A model generated the notes under the pieces. The model did no database searches, was not told the origin of the DNA, and was given only the letters and a program-made list of their open reading frames with translations. A DNA stretch of 25,671 nt from Macrostomum lignano. Its lineage: Eukaryota. Below are positions 20,120 to 25,671 of this stretch, piece after piece. Positions within the stretch are counted from its first letter, which is position 1. Every line of letters starts with the position of its first letter. The translations under genes and the position numbers were made by a program. The DNA lies in NCBI GenBank assembly GCA_002269645.1, contig NIVC01005122.1, forward strand, positions 1 to 25,671, read 5' to 3'.

Positions 20120-22066
20120 CATCTGACAGAATACTCAGCAGTCATCTGACAGAATACTCAGCAGTCATCTGATAGAATACTCAGCAGTCATCTGATAGAA
20201 TACTCAGCAGTCATCTGACAGAATACTCAGCAGTCATCTGACAGAATACTCAGCAGTCATCTGATAGAATACTCAGCAGTCATCTGATAGAATACTCAGC
20301 AGTCATCTGATAGAATACTCAGCAGTCATCTGACAGAATACTCAGCAGTCATCTGACAGAATACTCAGCAGTCATCTGATAGAATACTCAGCAGTCATCT
20401 GATAGAATACTCAGCAATCATCTGCAGCAATCATCTGACAGAATACTCAGCAATCATCTGACAGAATACTCAGCAGTCATCTGACAGAATACTCAGCAGT
20501 CATCTGATAGAATACTCAGCAATCATCTGACAGAATACTCAGCAATCATCTGACAGAATACTCAGCAATCATCTGACAGAATACTCAGCAATCATCTGAT
20601 AGAATACTCAGCAGTCATCTGATAGAATACTCAGCAATCATCTGATAGAATACTCAGCAATCATCTGCAGCAATCATCTGACAGAATATTCAGCAATCAT
20701 CTGATAGAATACTCAGCAATCATCTGCAGCAATCATCTGACAGAATACTCAGCAATCATCTGACAGAAAACTCAGCAATCATCTGATAGAATACTCAGCA
20801 GTCATCTGATAGAATACTCAGCAATCATCTGATAGAATACTCAGCAATCATCTGCAGCAATCATCTGACAGAATACTCAGCAATCATCTGACAGAATACT
20901 CAGCAATCATCTGATAGAATACTCAGCAATCATCTGACAGAATACTCAGCAATCATCTGACAGAATACTCAGCAATCATCTGACAGAATACTCAGCAATC
21001 ATCTGACAGAATACTCAGCAATCATCTGATAGAATACTCAGCAGTCATCTGATAGAATACTCAGCAATCATCTGATAGAATACTCAGCAATCATCTGATA
21101 GAATACTCAGCAATCATCTGACAGAATACTCAGCAATCATCTGACAGAATACTCAGCAATCATCTGATAGAATACTCAGCAATCATCTGATAGAATACTC
21201 AGCAATCATCTGATAGAATACTCAGCAATCATCTGATAGAATACTCAGCAATCATCTGACAGAATACTCAGCAATCATCTGACAGAATACTCAGCAATCA
21301 TCTGATAGAATACTCAGCAGTCATCTGATAGAATACTCAGCAATCATCTGATAGAATACTCAGCAATCATCTGATAGAATACTCAGCAATCATCTGACAG
21401 AATACTCAGCAATCATCTGACAGAATACTCAGCAATCATCTGATAGAATACTCAGCAATCATCTGACAGAATACTCAGCAATCATCTGACAGAATACTCA
21501 GCAATCATCTGATAGAATACTCAGCAATCATCTGATAGAATACTCAGCAATCATCTGATAGAATACTCAGCAATCATCTGATAGAATACTCAGCAATCAT
21601 CTGACAGAATACTCAGCAATCATCTGACAGAATACTCAGCAATCATCTGATAGAATACTCAGCAGTCATCTGATAGAATACTCAGCAATCATCTGATAGA
21701 ATACTCAGCAATCATCTGATAGAATACTCAGCAATCATCTGACAGAATACTCAGCAATCATCTGATAGAATACTCAGCAATCATCTGACAGAATACTCAG
21801 CAATCATCTGACAGAATACTCAGCAATCATCTGACAGAATACTCAGCAATCATCTGACAGAATACTCAGCAATCATCTGATAGAATACTCAGCAATCATC
21901 TGACAGAATACTCAGCAATCATCTGACAGAATACTCAGCAATCATCTGACAGAATACTCAGCAATCATCTGATAGAATACTCAGCAATCATCTGACAGAA
22001 TACTCAGCAATCATCTGACAGAATACTCAGCAATCATCTGACAGAATACTCAGCAATCATCTGACA
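20120..22066. repeat. 23-bp satellite (ATCTGA[C/T]AGAATACTCAGCA[A/G]TC), about 84 copies
   Basis: Period 23; very homogeneous, two biallelic positions, no unique spacers. Confidence 0.98.
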
Positions 22067-22542
22067 GTTAAAAAAAGCTTTTAAATAATTTTCTAGTTAA
22101 CAATGGCACAAAACTGCGCAATGCTCATTTCAAAAGGTAAAAAAGTGCTTAAAGTCTGAATAAAGTTTTTAGTCCAAGTTTAGTCATATCGGAAGCAATT
22201 CTGAGTTTGGATTCCTGCCAGGTAAATGAAACTTCACTCTTTTAATCACGGCATAGCTCGTGGCCACTTCCTGTCAATAAACTGCAGCGCATTATAGCTT
22301 TATTTGCCGTACAGAATTTATGAAATGTCACTCAAGTAGAGGAACCCAGTGCTATGGGAACTGTCTGTTATATTTTCGTGAGCCCATTATTGAAACATTC
22401 GCGTGATTTATAAATTCGCAGAAATCCTACTCTAAGTAGACTGCTGCGAGCGTTAAGTATGACACTCTCAAGATATTAGTGGGCTATGGCCCAGAAATAC
22501 AAGGCGTTTTGACTTATCCGACTGTTGCAAACTATGACACTC

Positions 22543-23260
22543 CCCTCAAAGACAGCAGCACCCTCAAAGACAGCACCCTCAAAGACAGCACCCTAAAAGA
22601 CAGCACACTAAAAGACAGCAGCACCCTCAAGAACAGCAGCACCCTCAAGAACAACAGCACCCTCGAGGACAGCGTCACCCTCAAAGACAGCACCCTCAAG
22701 GACAGCAGCACCCTCAAAGACAGCACCCTCAAGGACAGCAGCACCCTCAAAGACAGCACCCTCAAGGACAGCAGCACCCTCAAAGACAGCACCCTCAAGG
22801 ACAGCAGCACCCTCAAAGACAGCACCCTCAAACACAGCAGCACCCTCAAAGACAGCACCCTCAAACACAGCAGCACCCTAAAAGACAGCACACTAAAAGA
22901 CAGCACCCTCAAAGACAGCAGCACCCTCAAACACAGCACCCTCAAAGACAGCAACCTCAAAGACAGCACCCTAAAAGACAGCACCCTCAAAGACAGCAAC
23001 CCTCAAAGACAGCAGCACCCTCAAAGCCAGCAACACCCTCAAACACAGCACCCTCAAAGACAGCACCCTAAAAGACAGCACCCTCAAAGACAGCAACCCT
23101 CAAAGACAGCAGCACCCTCAAAGCCAGCAACACCCTCAAACACAGCACCCTCAAACACAGCACCATCAAAGACAGCACCCTCAAAGACAGCACCCTAAAA
23201 GACAGCACCCTCAAAGACAGCACCCTCAAAGACAGCAGCACCCTCAAAAACAGCACCTCA
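22543..23260. repeat. 15/18-bp minisatellite (CAGCACCCTCAAAGA, with or without an extra CAG)
   Basis: Direct reading. Confidence 0.95.
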
Positions 23261-23754
23261 ATAGAATTCAGGATAAGTCCATGAAAATTAACATGCTTGT
23301 TCGGACAGACTACCAATGGAATATTGGTTTGATTTTAACTATTACTTACATAATAATGACACATTTAACTGAGGCCATTATTAGGACCAACAAAGCCACA
23401 ACGCAAATGATTACGCAATATCGCAATGCTTTGTCATTGATCTGCACTCGGGGGACACTACAATACCAGAGCGGCAAAGGGGGGTGCAAAGCCAGGCCCG
23501 CCTTTGTTTGCAGAAACACTGATACAAATGACACAAGCCAAACTAGTAAAATGGAATGCGAACCTCGGGAATTCAAAGAAATTATGCTAGGAATTTGCAA
23601 TGAAAGCGTAAACTGATCGTTGCCTCACTATATTCCAGTTTGTGTTTTGTCCTTTTTGACATTTTTCAGTGGGTTTGACCTTTTCTTACGCATGATGAAT
23701 AAGATTGTGAAGCCAGAAGGCCCGTTTTTTGTAATGCCTGGTGTGTCGTTACTG

Positions 23755-24466
23755 GTGTCAGTTGAGAGATGTTTGGGAGTCAATTGAGTCATTTTAGGCG
23801 TCAGTTGAGTCATTGTAGGTGTCAGTTGAGTCATTGTAGGCGTCAGTTAAGTCATTGTAGGTGTCAATTGAGTCATTTTAGGTGTCAGTTGAGTCATTGT
23901 AGGTGTCAGTTGAGTCATTGCAGGCGTCATTGTGGGTGTCAGTTGAGTCATTGTAGGCGTCATTTTAGGTGTCAGTTGAGTCATTGTAGGTGTCAGTTGA
24001 GTCATTATAGGTGTCAGTTGAGTCATTGTAGGTGTCATTGTGGGTGTCAGTTGAGTCATTGTAGTGTCAGTTGAGTCATTGTAGGTGTCAGTTGAGTCAT
24101 TTAGGCGTCAGTTGAGTCATTGTAGGTGTCAGTTGAGTCATTGTAGGTGTCAGTTGAGTCATTGTAGGTGTCATTTGAGTCATTTTAGATGTCAGTTGAG
24201 TCATTGTAGGTGTCTGTTGAGTCATTTTAGGTGTCAGTCGAGTCATTGTAGGTGTCTGTTGAGTCATTGTGGGCGTCAGTTGAGTCATTTTAGGTGTCAG
24301 TTGAGTCATTGTAGGTGTCAGTTGAGTCATTGTAGGTGTCATTTGAGTCATTTTAGATGTCAGTTGAGTCATTGTAGGTGTCAGTTAAGTCACTGTACGA
24401 GAGAGGAAAGTAGGTGTCATTGTAGGTGTCAGTTGAGTCATTGTAGGTGTCATTGTGGGTGTCAGC
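23755..24466. repeat. 21-bp minisatellite (GTGTCAGTTGAGTCATTGTAG), about 30 units
   Basis: Direct reading; most units carry TGAGTCA. Confidence 0.95.
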
Positions 24467-25614
24467 TACTTCAAGTAACTCCAGTTCGTTCTACTTTTAA
24501 AGAACCGTGAATTAAAAAGTGATTCAAATGTTTTGCGAAATAAAACAAATAATATGCATTGGTCCAAGTTAAAGATGCAGTTATTCCGAGATAAAATGCT
24601 ACATTATTTATTATTAATGCATCCATCATTTGACTGAATTGAGAAAAAACGTTTAAACATTTTGACAGAAAACGGTAAAACAAAGATGTTTATTCTGTTT
24701 TTTAACCCTGCATCTTTCTTCTCCATCAGTCGGATTAAACAAAAAGTACATAAGCGAAAGAAACAAAAGCTCAAAAGGAAAATGCTTCTCAAATCTCACT
24801 GAAAATTAATTTGCACACAATTTTTAGGGATCGCAAATTAAAGCTCAAAGCCTAAAATATTGCCCAATTATTCCGTAATCTGCATGTCGTTTGTCATTTT
24901 GCAAACTTGTTCAAGTAGTTAGTCACTGGATAGTTACCTTTGTATTTTGGTGAAAGTCTTGGGAAATATAGTCGTATTGAAATTTTGTTGAAACTTCAAT
25001 TTTCAGAATTAGTAGAAAACCATTTTGATTCACTTCATTCCGAAAATGCAGGAAGTTTGCCCCAACACGGGGTGGACCTTGCACGGGTGCTTTCAATTCT
25101 ATCTCTCCCATGTCCCCTGGTCCACCACCATAGTTCACGTGACATTTGAGTTAATGGGTTGTAAAAAAACCCCACAACTTCTCCTGTTTGCGTAACCGGG
25201 CAGGGGGGCCATAAACCGCTTTGATTTTTGCAACTGAGTTATCAGCGGTTTTTGCATGGCAACTCAATTTTTGCGAAGATAAAAATCACTTTGATTGCTG
25301 TGCTGGTGGTCCTTTTTGAGTTGTAAACTTTGAGACGCTATTCGAGTTTTATTAATGCTAAAATCTGCTTCGGTTGACTTTTAACCTTAAACAAAGTTAA
25401 CAAAGGCACACCCCTGGCGTTTGGCGCATGTCTTTGTAAGATTTGACCTTTCAAATTTACTTCTTTAACCTTTCAACAAAGGTCAAAGTTGTTCAGCAGT
25501 GTTGTTTGAAGAGCAGAGGAATTTCGACTGACAAGGCCGCTTTGGCACGCAGGCATCAAATGTCGAATGAAATTCATTTGACAAAGACTATAATTTACGG
25601 TCTTTTATTACGGG

Positions 25615-25671
25615 TCTGTCGGGTCCTGGTCCTGGGTCCTGTCGGTCCTGTCGGGTCCTGTCGGGTCCTGT
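25615..25671. repeat. About 10-bp repeat (GGGTCCTGTC), truncated by the window end
   Basis: Direct reading; irregular units. Confidence 0.85.

Noticed and set aside
20120-22066. CRISPR-like array of 23-bp repeats
   Set aside because: Units are head-to-tail with no unique spacers, there are no cas genes, and the context is eukaryotic.
22479-23316. (TLKDS)n mucin- or adhesive-like ORF
   Set aside because: 15/18-bp units keep several frames open, the start is GTG, and the frame slips mid-array. Repetitive adhesive proteins exist in flatworms, so RNA-seq would be needed to overturn this.
23670-23750. Exon-like frame GFDLFLRMMNKIVKPEGPFFVMPG after a tttcag acceptor
   Set aside because: Not phase-compatible with the upstream ORF (the join gives W-V-stop) and no family is recognisable.
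23769-24510. (CRCQLSH)n metallothionein-like and (MTQLTPT)n ORFs
   Set aside because: Products of the 21-bp minisatellite, broken by unit-length slips.
25247-25264. Second X-box-like site (TTTTGCATGGCAAC)
   Set aside because: Only the right half-site matches and no ciliary gene start is visible nearby.

Overview
Eukaryotic (metazoan) genomic DNA, not prokaryotic. GC3-rich exons with Gly/Gln runs and AT-rich introns packed with unrelated minisatellites resemble the flatworm Macrostomum (inference, not provable here). Three protein-coding loci: (1) transportin-1 (TNPO1/karyopherin-beta2) on the minus strand, five exons reconstructed from 9214 to the window start, intact except for a cluster of single-base indels in the first ~450 bp; (2) an intact four-exon tektin-B1/TEKT2 gene (10227-12614, 422 aa) head-to-head with TNPO1, with an RFX X-box match overlapping its start codon; (3) a 453-aa ORF (16979-18340) that reads as a divergent PH + IRS-type PTB (DOK/IRS-like) adaptor whose tail has no tyrosine. 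TNPO1 intron 1 holds a nest of non-autonomous DNA transposons that the ORF track does not show: three levels are supported by terminal inverted repeats (TIRs) plus 8-bp target-site duplications (TSDs), and a probable fourth lies inside. Intron 2 has a foldback insert in a satellite. About a third of the window is tandem repeat (13 arrays), which explains most low-complexity ORFs in the track. No rRNA, tRNA or CRISPR array was found.
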